Part shown: positions 8,544 to 18,089 of the stretch, one piece after another
Layout: each line of letters begins with the position of its first letter
Position numbering within the stretch: position 1 is the first letter of the stretch
Assembly: GCA_023228875.1 (NCBI GenBank)
Contig: JALOAG010000005.1
Location: 79,196 to 143,195 of the forward strand
DNA: 64,000 nt
Direction of reading: 5' to 3'
Source of the DNA: Bacteroidia bacterium
GTDB lineage: Bacteria; Bacteroidota; Bacteroidia; NS11-12g; UBA955
Translations under genes and position numbers: made by a program
Notes under the pieces: generated by a model
Told to the model about the DNA's origin: nothing
The model's input: only the letters and a program-made list of their open reading frames with translations
Database searches by the model: none

Positions 8544-10394
8544 TTGTTCACCCTGCCTTTTTGGGTGAATATGTTGGTTCATATCCCTTTATTTCACAAC
8601 GGATGGGTGCAGTTTTTGGTAGCCATGCCTTCACTTGTGATCGGGTTTAACTACTTTGGCAAAAGCGCTTTCCATTCTATAAAAGACCGCAATCCTAATA
8701 TGGATGTGTTGGTAAGTTTGGGAACTATTGCAGCAACGCTCTATAGTCTTGCTTTAATTTATTTGAATGGAGCCGTTGGTGGTCATTTTTATTTTGAAAC
8801 TGCTGCAACCATCATCACCTTAGTGCTGCTTGGGAATAATATTGAAGAAAGAGCACTTGCTAAAACTTCCATCCAAATGCACTCGGCTGCCGCATTGCTC
8901 CCTGTCATGGTCAATAGGGTTGACAAGGATAAGGACAGTGGTAAAACTTCGGTGAGTCATATCATAACCGATGATGTAAAGATTGGAGATATTTTGCTCG
9001 TAAATGAAGGTGAGAAAGTACCGGCAGATGGCAGAGTGTTAGAAGGAGATATTGAAGTTAGCGAAGCAGCCATTACTGGCGAAAGTGCACCGGTGTTTAA
9101 AAATGCACAAGATGAAGTATATGCAGGCAGTGTTTTGGTGAGTGGGAATTTTACGCTTCTTGTTGAAAAAATCGGTAAACAAACGCTGGCAGGGCAGATG
9201 TCGCATTGGATTAGGTCTGCACAATCATCTAAACCTCAAATCCAAAAACTTGGTGATAAAGTCAGTGGGGTTTTTGTACAAGTTGTAGTGAGTATTGCTG
9301 TATTAGCCTTTGTGTTGAACTACTTTGCTTTTGATATAAGCTTAGAGCAATCAATTATGAGAGCTATTGCAGTACTAGTGGTTTCTTGTCCATGTGCAAT
9401 GGGATTAGCCACTCCAACTGCGGTTTCTGTTGGTTTAGGACTAGCTGCACGCAAAGGTATCTTGGTTAAGGGAGGGCAAGCTCTCGAACGCTTTGCTTCG
9501 GTTAAAGTGCTGGCATTAGACAAAACAGGAACAATCACAACCGGTGATTTTCTTGTGGAGGATTTTGTTGCTCCTGCAGGAAATGATGCTCATTATAAAA
9601 ACATTGTGTGGCATATAGAACATCGTTCTTCTCATCCTATTGCCAAGTCCATTGTCAAAAATCACAGCGATTGGGAAAGTGCTGATTTTAAGTTTGATGA
9701 GATTGAAGAGAAAAAAGGATATGGGATGATTGCTAAAGGTGTAAATAGCGTTGTTTATAAACTAGGTTCCGCTCGCTTTAGCAATGATAATAATTTACCT
9801 ATGGCAGATTTGTATTTGTGGGAGAACGACAAATTAGTTGCATATTTTTCCATAAAAGACGAGCCGGTTTCAAATCTCAAATCAATATTGGATTATTTCA
9901 AATCAATGGGGGTGAAACTCTTTTTGGTAAGTGGTGATTCAAAAGCTAAAGTTGAGACAACAAGTAAAGGATTGCCGTTTGATGAAACGTATGCAGAGGT
10001 TTTGCCTGCACAGAAGATGGATAAATTAGAGCAATGGCGTAAAATAGGTATTACTGCTATGACAGGTGATGGTATTAATGACGCTCCTGCTCTTGCAGCT
10101 TCTGACATTGCTGTTGTTATGGGGCATGGCAGTGATTTAAGTAAGCAGCAAGCTGATTTCATACTCATGGATAAGGGGTTGCAAAAAATTCAAGATGCGC
10201 ATAAGATTTCTAGGATAACACTCGGAGGGATTAAACAAAACTTATTTTGGGCTTTAGCCTATAATATTGTGGCAATTCCTGTGGCTTCTATGGGTTTTTT
10301 AAATCCGACTTGGGCTGCTCTATTTATGGCAATGTCGGATGTTGTAGTTATTGGGAATGCACTACGTTTGAGGTTGGTGAACTTGAACAAATGA
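8544..10394 (+). CDS. copA: Copper-translocating P1B-type ATPase that lacks an N-terminal HMA domain in this frame
   Basis: CPC motif (VSCPCAMGLATP), DKTGTIT phosphorylation site and GDGINDAP hinge. The annotated start is TTG. Conserved TM-A sequence ('FWVNMLVHIPLF...GWVQF') continues upstream of this start in the same frame. Confidence 0.85.
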   Translation: MFTLPFWVNMLVHIPLFHNGWVQFLVAMPSLVIGFNYFGKSAFHSIKDRNPNMDVLVSLGTIAATLYSLALIYLNGAVGGHFYFETAATIITLVLLGNNIEERALAKTSIQMHSAAALLPVMVNRVDKDKDSGKTSVSHIITDDVKIGDILLVNEGEKVPADGRVLEGDIEVSEAAITGESAPVFKNAQDEVYAGSVLVSGNFTLLVEKIGKQTLAGQMSHWIRSAQSSKPQIQKLGDKVSGVFVQVVVSIAVLAFVLNYFAFDISLEQSIMRAIAVLVVSCPCAMGLATPTAVSVGLGLAARKGILVKGGQALERFASVKVLALDKTGTITTGDFLVEDFVAPAGNDAHYKNIVWHIEHRSSHPIAKSIVKNHSDWESADFKFDEIEEKKGYGMIAKGVNSVVYKLGSARFSNDNNLPMADLYLWENDKLVAYFSIKDEPVSNLKSILDYFKSMGVKLFLVSGDSKAKVETTSKGLPFDETYAEVLPAQKMDKLEQWRKIGITAMTGDGINDAPALAASDIAVVMGHGSDLSKQQADFILMDKGLQKIQDAHKISRITLGGIKQNLFWALAYNIVAIPVASMGFLNPTWAALFMAMSDVVVIGNALRLRLVNLNK

Positions 10395-10569
10395 TATACA
10401 CTTTTTAAGATCGAAAATTTATCTTTCTCTAATGGGTTCCCTAAGCGCACTTTCTTTGCAGGACAGATAGTTGCGATTGTTTGTATATGATAATTTTTAT
10501 TTGTTATCATAGAGCAGTGAAAAATGGCAATTCCTCTCATTTCAAAATGAATTACTTTCGCACTCTACT

Positions 10570-13500
10570 GTGTTTACTGCATTGAAAAAATTTGGATTAC
10601 ATATTCTCATTTTATTCCTGACACTGATAGGGGTATGGGTTGAGAATATTCCACTAAACCAAACCAAGCATCAGCAGGGAATTGTCAATCAATTTACCAA
10701 TTATATAAAAAATTATGAAGAAGCACAGATTCAACTGTTAACTGCCGATGGACCTAAAAAGAGTTTATATCCATTGCAATTGTTTATCTTTAGCGGGGAC
10801 AGTGCTGTTTATTGGAGTTCTGATAAAGTTGCATTTAAACCATTTAAGGTAGATGATTCGATTTATTCAAGTTACAGGAATTTTAATGATGGATTTTATA
10901 GAGTATTTGCACAAAAGGATAAAGAAGGACTGACTCACTATTCACTTTTGAAATTAGCCCATCATTTTCCTAATGCTGTGCATGGGATGCCACAAAATAA
11001 GGCAGTTCGTTTTGTGGAGGTTGGAGATGAGTTGATACTAAAATCGACACCCACTGACTCTTCATTTTTTCCGATAAATATTCAAGGTTCATCCCCCGAT
11101 TTTTATGTAAAAATATTGACACCTGAAATTGGGAATGACTGGTGTTTGTGGTTTTATATTCCCGCTTTATTGCTATTGCTTGCTTTAGTTGCTCGACTGT
11201 TTATCTTTTCAAAGACAATATCTACAAAAGATTATCGCATAAGCGCATTGTTTGTTTTTGGTTTTTTATTATTACTGCGCATAACATTTGCGAAAGGGAT
11301 TTTTCTTCAATTCTTGTCGCAGAGTCCTTTGTTTTCACCGGAGCTCTTTGCACATTCATATTTATCGAGTTCGTATGGAGAAAGTTTTCTGAATATTCTC
11401 ATCATTGTGTTTTTACTGTTGTTTTTTAGAAAAACTAAACTACTGAAGGGAAGGATTGGGTTGTTGCCGGCAATGTTAATCATCAATGCATTGATAGGTT
11501 TTTTTATTTATTGGCAACTGAATGAAATGCAGCATTTAATCATTGATTCAAAAATCAATTTAGACCCAACTGTTATAGATGAACTCAATGTTTATACGCT
11601 TTTAGGTATTGTGCTGATAGGCTTGTATCTATCATTGTTCTTTATTTTCTGTATATGTATTCGCGAGCTTATTAATACAACATACAAGAATACAAGGTAT
11701 GTTTATTTAATTTCTTTGATAATGCAATTAGTCTTTGTGGCAATTGCGGCAATTTTTGCTATAAACACTGTTCAAACTTGGTTTATATGGATTGGATGGA
11801 TATTGTTGGCATTGAGTGCAATATATTTTATTGTGAACTATTCACAAACACAAGATGATTGGTCTAAAATCTTTGTGATGTTGGCATTTGTTCTTCTTAA
11901 CTCTCATTTAATCAATGGGTTGTTAGAAAAAAAAGAACATGAATATAGAAAAATATATGCTTACAAAATGCTGCATGAACGTGATTTGGAATTAGAAAGA
12001 CGTTTGTTGGAGGCAGAAGATAAGTTAGAAGGGAATAATGTATTTGAGAGTTGTATTTATGAGGACTCTGCATTCAATCGAGAAGAGTTTGAAGAGATAT
12101 TAAAATACGATTATCTGATTGATTTCATGAGCGATTTTGATATTTTTATTGAATCCTTTTCGGGTAACAGTGCTAATTGGACTGCAAGGCAGCGACAAAG
12201 TTTTGATAGTTATCATAAACTGTATTTGGAGACAAGCGAAGATGGATTAAGCCACAGTTTTCTTAAAGTTCAGGAGAGCAGTGGTTTTTCGGGTTATATT
12301 TCAGCTCATATTACCGGAGATTTTAATTCATCTGATTTTCAGTCAGTGTTTATCTTATTACGCCAAAAAGTGAGAAGTTCTCAACGCGCATTATCGGAGT
12401 TTGCCGGAAAGTCGGCAGGTATTCCTACTTCTCCTTACAATTACTTTCATGCATTGTATATTAATGATAAACTCAATCGTGTTAGTCCTGAGTTTCCGTT
12501 TGAGCGTTACAACGTTAGATTTCGCACAAAGGCACAAGAATCTTTTATAGAACAACAAGGATTTAGTTTCTTCATCTATCAACCCGAACCTGAAAGAGTA
12601 TTGGTCCTGGCTACACCTTTGCGAAGTACAGCAAACCGATTTACTGTTTTTGCCGGGCTGATGTTGTCCTTTTTTACAATATGGTTTTTGTTTTTAAGCT
12701 TGCGGTTAAGTATTCGTCTCATTGTGTTGAATGTAAAAAGACTGTTGAGCGGACATAGGAATAAATTTTATTTTCCAGCTTTTAAGAATATGCTATTGCA
12801 AAGCAAAATTCAAACTGCATTAATGGTTGAATTGATTTTGAGTTTCGTTGCAGGAACGGTAATGGTAGCAAATTTTATTACGGTAAATTATGAAGATACG
12901 CAACAAAGGCAGATTTTGGAAAAAATTCGAGGTATCTCAGGTGAGTTGGAAAAGTCAGGTATAATGGATTTTGGTATTAAAACAGGTCCTAAACGTGAGT
13001 TTCTCATCGATTTATCGGAAAGTTACAATATAGACATTAGTCTGTTTAACTTGAACGGTACACTTTGGTTGTCCTCAAGTCCTGATTTATATAAAAATGC
13101 AGTTATCAATGAATTTATGAATCCGTCTGCTTATCTGCGGTTAGCTCATGATAAATTGTATTCGTTTAACCAAAACGAAAGACTGTATGGATATAAATAT
13201 GGCTCATATTATCAAGCATTCTTTGATCATAACCAGAGTTTAGCGGGTTACATACATTTGCCGTTCTTTGCCAGACAACAAGAAACCAACCGTGAACTTA
13301 CTTCGTTGTTGGTGAATATGTTGAACATATTTGTAATCTTTTTTATAATCACAGGGGTGATTTCAATCTTTTTGTCTAAGGTTATCACAAGACCGCTTGC
13401 CGGTATTGCATTGAGCTTGCGCAAACTAAGAGTTGGAGGGAAAAATGAGGAGATTAGTTGGCAAAGTAATGATGAGATTGGGCAATTGGTCAAAACTTAC

Positions 13501-14226
13501 AACAAAGTATTAAATCAACTTGAAGAAAGCGTTGAAAAATTAGCATCTACTGAACGTGAAGGTGCTTGGCGTGAAATGGCTAAACAAGTAGCGCATGAAA
13601 TTAAAAACCCTCTCACTCCAATGCGTTTAAGCGTTCAACATTTGTTGAGATCTGTTTCTCAAACAGCGCCCGATGTACAAGAAAAAATCAAAAAAGTATC
13701 TGAATTGCTTATTAATCAAATTGATTTGATGTCAAAGATGGCAGAGGAGTTTTCGTCTTTTGCTAAAATGCCGATGGCAATTCCCGAAAAATTTGATGTA
13801 TGTTTAATGTTGCTTGACACTGTTGAACTATTTGAAAAGTCTGAAGATTTTGAAATCAGTACAGAAGGAACGCATGCTAAGGCTATTGTGCATGCAGATA
13901 AGGATCAAATTAAAAGGGTGTTTACAAACCTGATAAAGAATGCGTATCAGGCAAAGCAAGAAGACTCTATCAGCCGTCTTAAGATTGCATTGAGTATTGT
14001 TGGAAAAGAAGTGCTGATTTCCTTCGCTGATAATGGAGTTGGAATTGAAGAGGAGTTAAAAGAAAAGATTTTTCACCCAAATTTTAGTACAAAAACCTCA
14101 GGAATGGGATTGGGATTGGCTATCTCAAAAAAAATAATTGAACTTGCAGGAGGTAATATCAGTTTTGAAAGTACTCCTGGCGAGGGAACTACGTTTTATA
14201 TTACTTTGCCACTTGCAGAAAATTGA
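10570..14226 (+). CDS. Multi-domain membrane sensor histidine kinase (no receiver domain)
   Basis: GTG start. N-terminal TM helix plus ~170-aa extracytoplasmic domain, then a ~7-TM bundle, a cytoplasmic linker, a second TM pair and a HAMP-like helix. H-box is HEIKNPLTPM and the HATPase_c G-boxes are DNGVGI and GMGLGLAISKKIIE. Confidence 0.8.
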   Translation: MFTALKKFGLHILILFLTLIGVWVENIPLNQTKHQQGIVNQFTNYIKNYEEAQIQLLTADGPKKSLYPLQLFIFSGDSAVYWSSDKVAFKPFKVDDSIYSSYRNFNDGFYRVFAQKDKEGLTHYSLLKLAHHFPNAVHGMPQNKAVRFVEVGDELILKSTPTDSSFFPINIQGSSPDFYVKILTPEIGNDWCLWFYIPALLLLLALVARLFIFSKTISTKDYRISALFVFGFLLLLRITFAKGIFLQFLSQSPLFSPELFAHSYLSSSYGESFLNILIIVFLLLFFRKTKLLKGRIGLLPAMLIINALIGFFIYWQLNEMQHLIIDSKINLDPTVIDELNVYTLLGIVLIGLYLSLFFIFCICIRELINTTYKNTRYVYLISLIMQLVFVAIAAIFAINTVQTWFIWIGWILLALSAIYFIVNYSQTQDDWSKIFVMLAFVLLNSHLINGLLEKKEHEYRKIYAYKMLHERDLELERRLLEAEDKLEGNNVFESCIYEDSAFNREEFEEILKYDYLIDFMSDFDIFIESFSGNSANWTARQRQSFDSYHKLYLETSEDGLSHSFLKVQESSGFSGYISAHITGDFNSSDFQSVFILLRQKVRSSQRALSEFAGKSAGIPTSPYNYFHALYINDKLNRVSPEFPFERYNVRFRTKAQESFIEQQGFSFFIYQPEPERVLVLATPLRSTANRFTVFAGLMLSFFTIWFLFLSLRLSIRLIVLNVKRLLSGHRNKFYFPAFKNMLLQSKIQTALMVELILSFVAGTVMVANFITVNYEDTQQRQILEKIRGISGELEKSGIMDFGIKTGPKREFLIDLSESYNIDISLFNLNGTLWLSSSPDLYKNAVINEFMNPSAYLRLAHDKLYSFNQNERLYGYKYGSYYQAFFDHNQSLAGYIHLPFFARQQETNRELTSLLVNMLNIFVIFFIITGVISIFLSKVITRPLAGIALSLRKLRVGGKNEEISWQSNDEIGQLVKTYNKVLNQLEESVEKLASTEREGAWREMAKQVAHEIKNPLTPMRLSVQHLLRSVSQTAPDVQEKIKKVSELLINQIDLMSKMAEEFSSFAKMPMAIPEKFDVCLMLLDTVELFEKSEDFEISTEGTHAKAIVHADKDQIKRVFTNLIKNAYQAKQEDSISRLKIALSIVGKEVLISFADNGVGIEEELKEKIFHPNFSTKTSGMGLGLAISKKIIELAGGNISFESTPGEGTTFYITLPLAEN

Positions 14227-17200
14227 AACTAAAGTGCTTTATAAATAAATGGCTACAACAATATGCTATATTACTATACATATTGAATGTTTCGGCTTTT
14301 TATGCAACTGCACAACAAATTCCTAATTTTTATTCTAACCGTACTGTTGATTTAACTATTAACACTGATACAGTGTGGATTGATAGTTCAATTCGTTTTG
14401 TGCCTAGTACTGTTATTATCAAAAATGGAGATGTAATTCTAAGAAAACAATTTGACTATCGTATTATGACAGAATTGGGTTGCTTGGTATTTGATTCTGT
14501 TTTTATTGGGCAAAAGGTTGTGTTGAGTGGTCGGGTGTTTGACCCCGCAAAAATTGCCTTTGAGACTTTTCATAAAGACCCGCGTATCATAGAGCCGGTG
14601 TTTATGCAAAACCCTTTTGTTTATCACGCGAATGAAAATGCGGAATTTGAAGATATTTTTAAACAGAGCGGACTGAATATACAAGGAAATATTTCAAGGG
14701 GAGTAGGAGTGGGCAACACCCAAGACTTAGCCGTCAATTCTGATATGAATTTGCAAATCAATGGAAAACTTGGAAATGACATTACGATTGAGGCGGCAAT
14801 ATCAGATCAAAATAACCCTATTCAACCGGAAGGAAATACGCAACAATTACAAGATTTTGACCAAGTATATATCAGTTTTTCAAAAGATAGCTCTAAGCTA
14901 AGGGTTGGTGATTTTTTGATGTCAGGAAATAGGCAGGATTATTTTATGAAGTTCAATAAAAAGTCAAGAGGATTGCAGTTTGTCTATTTAGACACATTGT
15001 TTGGAGGTCGCAATTATACAGTTGCAGAATTTGCTATTTCTCGTGGACGGTATGCCAGAAATGAAATTCAAGGACAAGAAGGAAATCAAGGTCCGTACAG
15101 ACTTTCAGGCATAAACAATGAACTGTTCATCATAATTATCTCAGGAACTGAATCTGTGTATGTTGATGGTAAACAAATGCAACGTGGGCAGCAGAACGAC
15201 TATGTCATTGATTACAACTCAGGGGAGTTAACATTCATGCCTCGCACCTTGATAACTCAATATAGTAGGATAGTTGTAGAATTTCAGTACGCGGATAGAA
15301 ATTACGGTCGCTCAATTTTGCATGGTTCTGACATTTTTCAAAAAAACAAAGTTACATTTAGAGCTAATTATTTTTCAGAACAAGATAATAAACGTCAACC
15401 GTACCAACAATCATTGGATTTGTTTGATTCTTCAAGTAATCGCAGCGCAGAAGATGTGCTTACTGAAGCAGGTAATAACAGTTCGCTGATGAACATTCCT
15501 AATGTTAGAAAATACCGAACCTTTCAGCCGGATAAAATTATGTATCGATTGATTGATACGCTTGGTACAAGTATATACCGCTATACAGATGACCCTGCAA
15601 GTGATTCAATATTTTATCAAGTAACTTTTTCACGTACAGAACCAGGCATAGGAAATTATAGGCAAACAGTAAGTCTTGCCAACGGCAGGGTGTTTGAGTG
15701 GGTTGCGCCTATTGGAGGGATTCCTCAAGGGAACTATGAACCTGTTGTGCAACTTGTGGCACCTCAACGAATGCAAATGTTTTCAGCCGGAGTGGATTAT
15801 CAACCGGACAGTAACACAGTCATTTCGGTTGAAATGTCTGCAAGCAACAATGATCAAAATACATTTTCAAGTTTAGGTAACTCGAGCAATGCAGGATATG
15901 CAGGAAATATTAGAATAGAAAGAAATGATAGTATTAGATTAAACGCAAAACATACCTTGTATTGGCAAAACAGGTTAGGAGTTGAATGGGCTGATAAAAA
16001 CTTTAATTTTATTGAAAGATATCGTGATGTTGAGTTTGAGCGTTCGTGGAGCAGACAATATGCCAACCCAAGTTCTATCAGGACTCCTCAGGAAGAACGA
16101 GTTTTTAATTTTAATGGAAAAGCAGGTGTTGGAGATAAAATTGCAGTAGCCTATCATACGTCTATGTATCAACGTATGGGAACATTTGAAGGTAAGCAGT
16201 TAGGCTACAACTTTATGGGGCAACATAGAGGTTTTAAAATAAATCAAAGCACTTCCTTTGTGCAGACTGTTACGCAGAAACTGAACCTTGTGAACAATCC
16301 TTTTTCTGTTTCTAATATTGCATTTGATTCCAGAGGTTCGTTGTCTAAGGAAATAGGGCGTAGCACAATTCTGAGCGCAGAATATGAAACAGAAGAAAGT
16401 CGGTTCAAAGATGACACAAGCTCAGCATTGGCGATGACAAGTTTTCGTTATTTTCAGTCAGGTGTTACGTTGCAACACAATGTAAATAGTGTTTTCAACG
16501 GTAAAATAAATTTCAACCGAAGAAAAGATTTTCTCCCCAAAAGTGAAAATCTAGAACCGTCTGTTGCTTCAAATAATGTGAGTGTAAGCATTGAAAAAGA
16601 AGGCAAAAAATGGAAAGACAATTTGAATTTTACCTTATCCTATCGCGCAATTGAACATTTGGACACAGTGCATACAGGTAATCTGCCTGATAGGACATTA
16701 CTTTCACGAATTGAATATCAGTTTGGACTCTTTCACAAAAGCATTGTTTCAAACACATATTATCAAATCGGAACAGGACAAGAGCAAAAGAGAGAGTTCG
16801 TATATGTTGAAGTTCGTCAAGGGCTTGGAACATACGTCTGGAATGACTACAATAAGAATGGGATTCAAGAAATAAATGAATTTGAAACAGCGATATTTCA
16901 AGATCAAGCAAATTTTATCAAAGTCCTTGTACCTACAGGCGAGTATATTCGTTCCAATACCAATGAATTTAATCAAACCCTACGTATTACTCCACCCCTA
17001 CAATGGCAAAGCGGGAACCGACTCAAAAAGACAATTTCAAGATTTAGTGCGCTTGGAACATATAGGGCTGATAGAAAATTAATGGATAATAGACTACTCA
17101 CTCTCCTCAATCCAATTGATATGAGTATTGCAGATACTGCATTGATTAGTTTGAGTTCTTCAATGCGAGGAACGTTGTTCTTTAACCGTGCGAACCCCAA

Positions 17201-17798
17201 GTTTGGTTTGGATTATAATTATCAAAAGAATAAAGTCAAACAATTTCTTGTGCAAGGATTTGATTCAAGAAACATAGCAAAACACAATCTTAATATGCGT
17301 ATCAATTTTACAGCTGATTGGTCATTAATTACAACGGGGGAGATAGGAGAACGAGGTTATTCAAGTGATTATTCGATTGGAAGAAATTACCTATTTAACT
17401 ATGTTGAAACAAAACCCGAAATCTTTTGGCAGCCGGGTAAATCTTTTAGGATAGGAGGATTTTATAAATATTATACTGCAACAAACGATTTAACATTGGG
17501 TGGAGAAAAAGCACAATGGAATGAATATGGTGCAGAGTTTAGAACCTTTCTTAAAAACCTGACTACAATTGATGGGAAGTTCAGTTTTGTTCAAATTCAC
17601 TACAACGGATTGAGTTCCAGTCCGGTTGCTTATGATATGTTGCAAGGGTTGCAAAACGGCAAAAACTTTAGCTGGCAATGCTTAGTAGGAGGTAGAATTG
17701 GTAAAAATATTCAAATAACCCTTCAGTATGAAGGACGTAAGAATGAAACTGCACCGACTGTACATGTTGGTAGGGTAGAAGCACGCTATTTATTTTGA
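14223..17798 (+). CDS. Large secreted protein, probable outer-membrane beta-barrel protein
   Basis: TTG start overlaps the HK stop (TTGA). Signal peptide MKLKCFINKWLQQYAILLYILNVSAFYATAQQ. Composition is rich in N, Y, G, S and T with alternating hydrophobic residues, and the C-terminal residue is F (…RVEARYLF). Confidence 0.5.
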   Translation: MKLKCFINKWLQQYAILLYILNVSAFYATAQQIPNFYSNRTVDLTINTDTVWIDSSIRFVPSTVIIKNGDVILRKQFDYRIMTELGCLVFDSVFIGQKVVLSGRVFDPAKIAFETFHKDPRIIEPVFMQNPFVYHANENAEFEDIFKQSGLNIQGNISRGVGVGNTQDLAVNSDMNLQINGKLGNDITIEAAISDQNNPIQPEGNTQQLQDFDQVYISFSKDSSKLRVGDFLMSGNRQDYFMKFNKKSRGLQFVYLDTLFGGRNYTVAEFAISRGRYARNEIQGQEGNQGPYRLSGINNELFIIIISGTESVYVDGKQMQRGQQNDYVIDYNSGELTFMPRTLITQYSRIVVEFQYADRNYGRSILHGSDIFQKNKVTFRANYFSEQDNKRQPYQQSLDLFDSSSNRSAEDVLTEAGNNSSLMNIPNVRKYRTFQPDKIMYRLIDTLGTSIYRYTDDPASDSIFYQVTFSRTEPGIGNYRQTVSLANGRVFEWVAPIGGIPQGNYEPVVQLVAPQRMQMFSAGVDYQPDSNTVISVEMSASNNDQNTFSSLGNSSNAGYAGNIRIERNDSIRLNAKHTLYWQNRLGVEWADKNFNFIERYRDVEFERSWSRQYANPSSIRTPQEERVFNFNGKAGVGDKIAVAYHTSMYQRMGTFEGKQLGYNFMGQHRGFKINQSTSFVQTVTQKLNLVNNPFSVSNIAFDSRGSLSKEIGRSTILSAEYETEESRFKDDTSSALAMTSFRYFQSGVTLQHNVNSVFNGKINFNRRKDFLPKSENLEPSVASNNVSVSIEKEGKKWKDNLNFTLSYRAIEHLDTVHTGNLPDRTLLSRIEYQFGLFHKSIVSNTYYQIGTGQEQKREFVYVEVRQGLGTYVWNDYNKNGIQEINEFETAIFQDQANFIKVLVPTGEYIRSNTNEFNQTLRITPPLQWQSGNRLKKTISRFSALGTYRADRKLMDNRLLTLLNPIDMSIADTALISLSSSMRGTLFFNRANPKFGLDYNYQKNKVKQFLVQGFDSRNIAKHNLNMRINFTADWSLITTGEIGERGYSSDYSIGRNYLFNYVETKPEIFWQPGKSFRIGGFYKYYTATNDLTLGGEKAQWNEYGAEFRTFLKNLTTIDGKFSFVQIHYNGLSSSPVAYDMLQGLQNGKNFSWQCLVGGRIGKNIQITLQYEGRKNETAPTVHVGRVEARYLF

Positions 17799-17878
17799 TT
17801 GCAGTTTGGGGTGGTGGAGATTTTCAATGAGCAATAATCATTTATTTATTTCATAATTGAATCTATGAAAAGAAAAAG

Positions 17879-17950
17879 TCGTGGTAGCAGGATTCGAACC
17901 TGCGACCTTCCCGTTTTCCACGGGACGCGCTAAAAGTCCGAACGAGAAAT
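17879..17950 (-). other. tRNA-like fragment or pseudo-tRNA
   Basis: The reverse complement contains the anticodon arm TCCCG-TGGAAAA-CGGGA (GAA-like), variable loop AGGTC, T-arm GCAGG-TTCGAAT-CCTGC and the 3' acceptor strand TACCACG. No complementary 5' acceptor strand or D-arm can be formed. Its 3' half is nearly identical to the adjacent tRNA-Pro. Confidence 0.3.
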
Positions 17951-17987
17951 TAAGAATAAAGAATAAGGATTTACAGAGGATAAAAAG

Positions 17988-18062
17988 TCGGGGTAGCAGG
18001 ATTCGAACCTGCGACCTCCTGCTCCCAAAGCAGGCGCGATAACCGGACTACGCTATACCCCG
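17988..18062 (-). tRNA. tRNA-Pro (anticodon TGG)
   Basis: Reverse complement reads CGGGGTA-TA-GCGT...-CCTGC-TTTGGGA-GCAGG-AGGTC-GCAGG-TTCGAAT-CCTGC-TACCCCG-A. It folds as a cloverleaf with a 7-bp acceptor stem and a TGG anticodon. Confidence 0.85.
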
Positions 18063-18089
18063 AATGTTTTATTGAAAAGAACTCTACCG

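Noticed and set aside
10259-10540. A 93-aa minus-strand ORF overlapping the 3' end of copA
   Set aside because: It is antisense to a strongly supported P-type ATPase gene, has no motifs and shows low-complexity composition. It is a typical spurious shadow ORF.
17879-17950. Calling the tRNA-like element a complete tRNA-Phe(GAA) gene
   Set aside because: Anticodon arm, variable loop, T-arm and 3' acceptor strand are present. No complementary 5' acceptor strand (CGTGGTA) or D-arm exists upstream; the sequence there is TTCTCGTTCGGACTTTTAGCGCG. It is therefore a fragment or pseudo-tRNA, not a functional gene.
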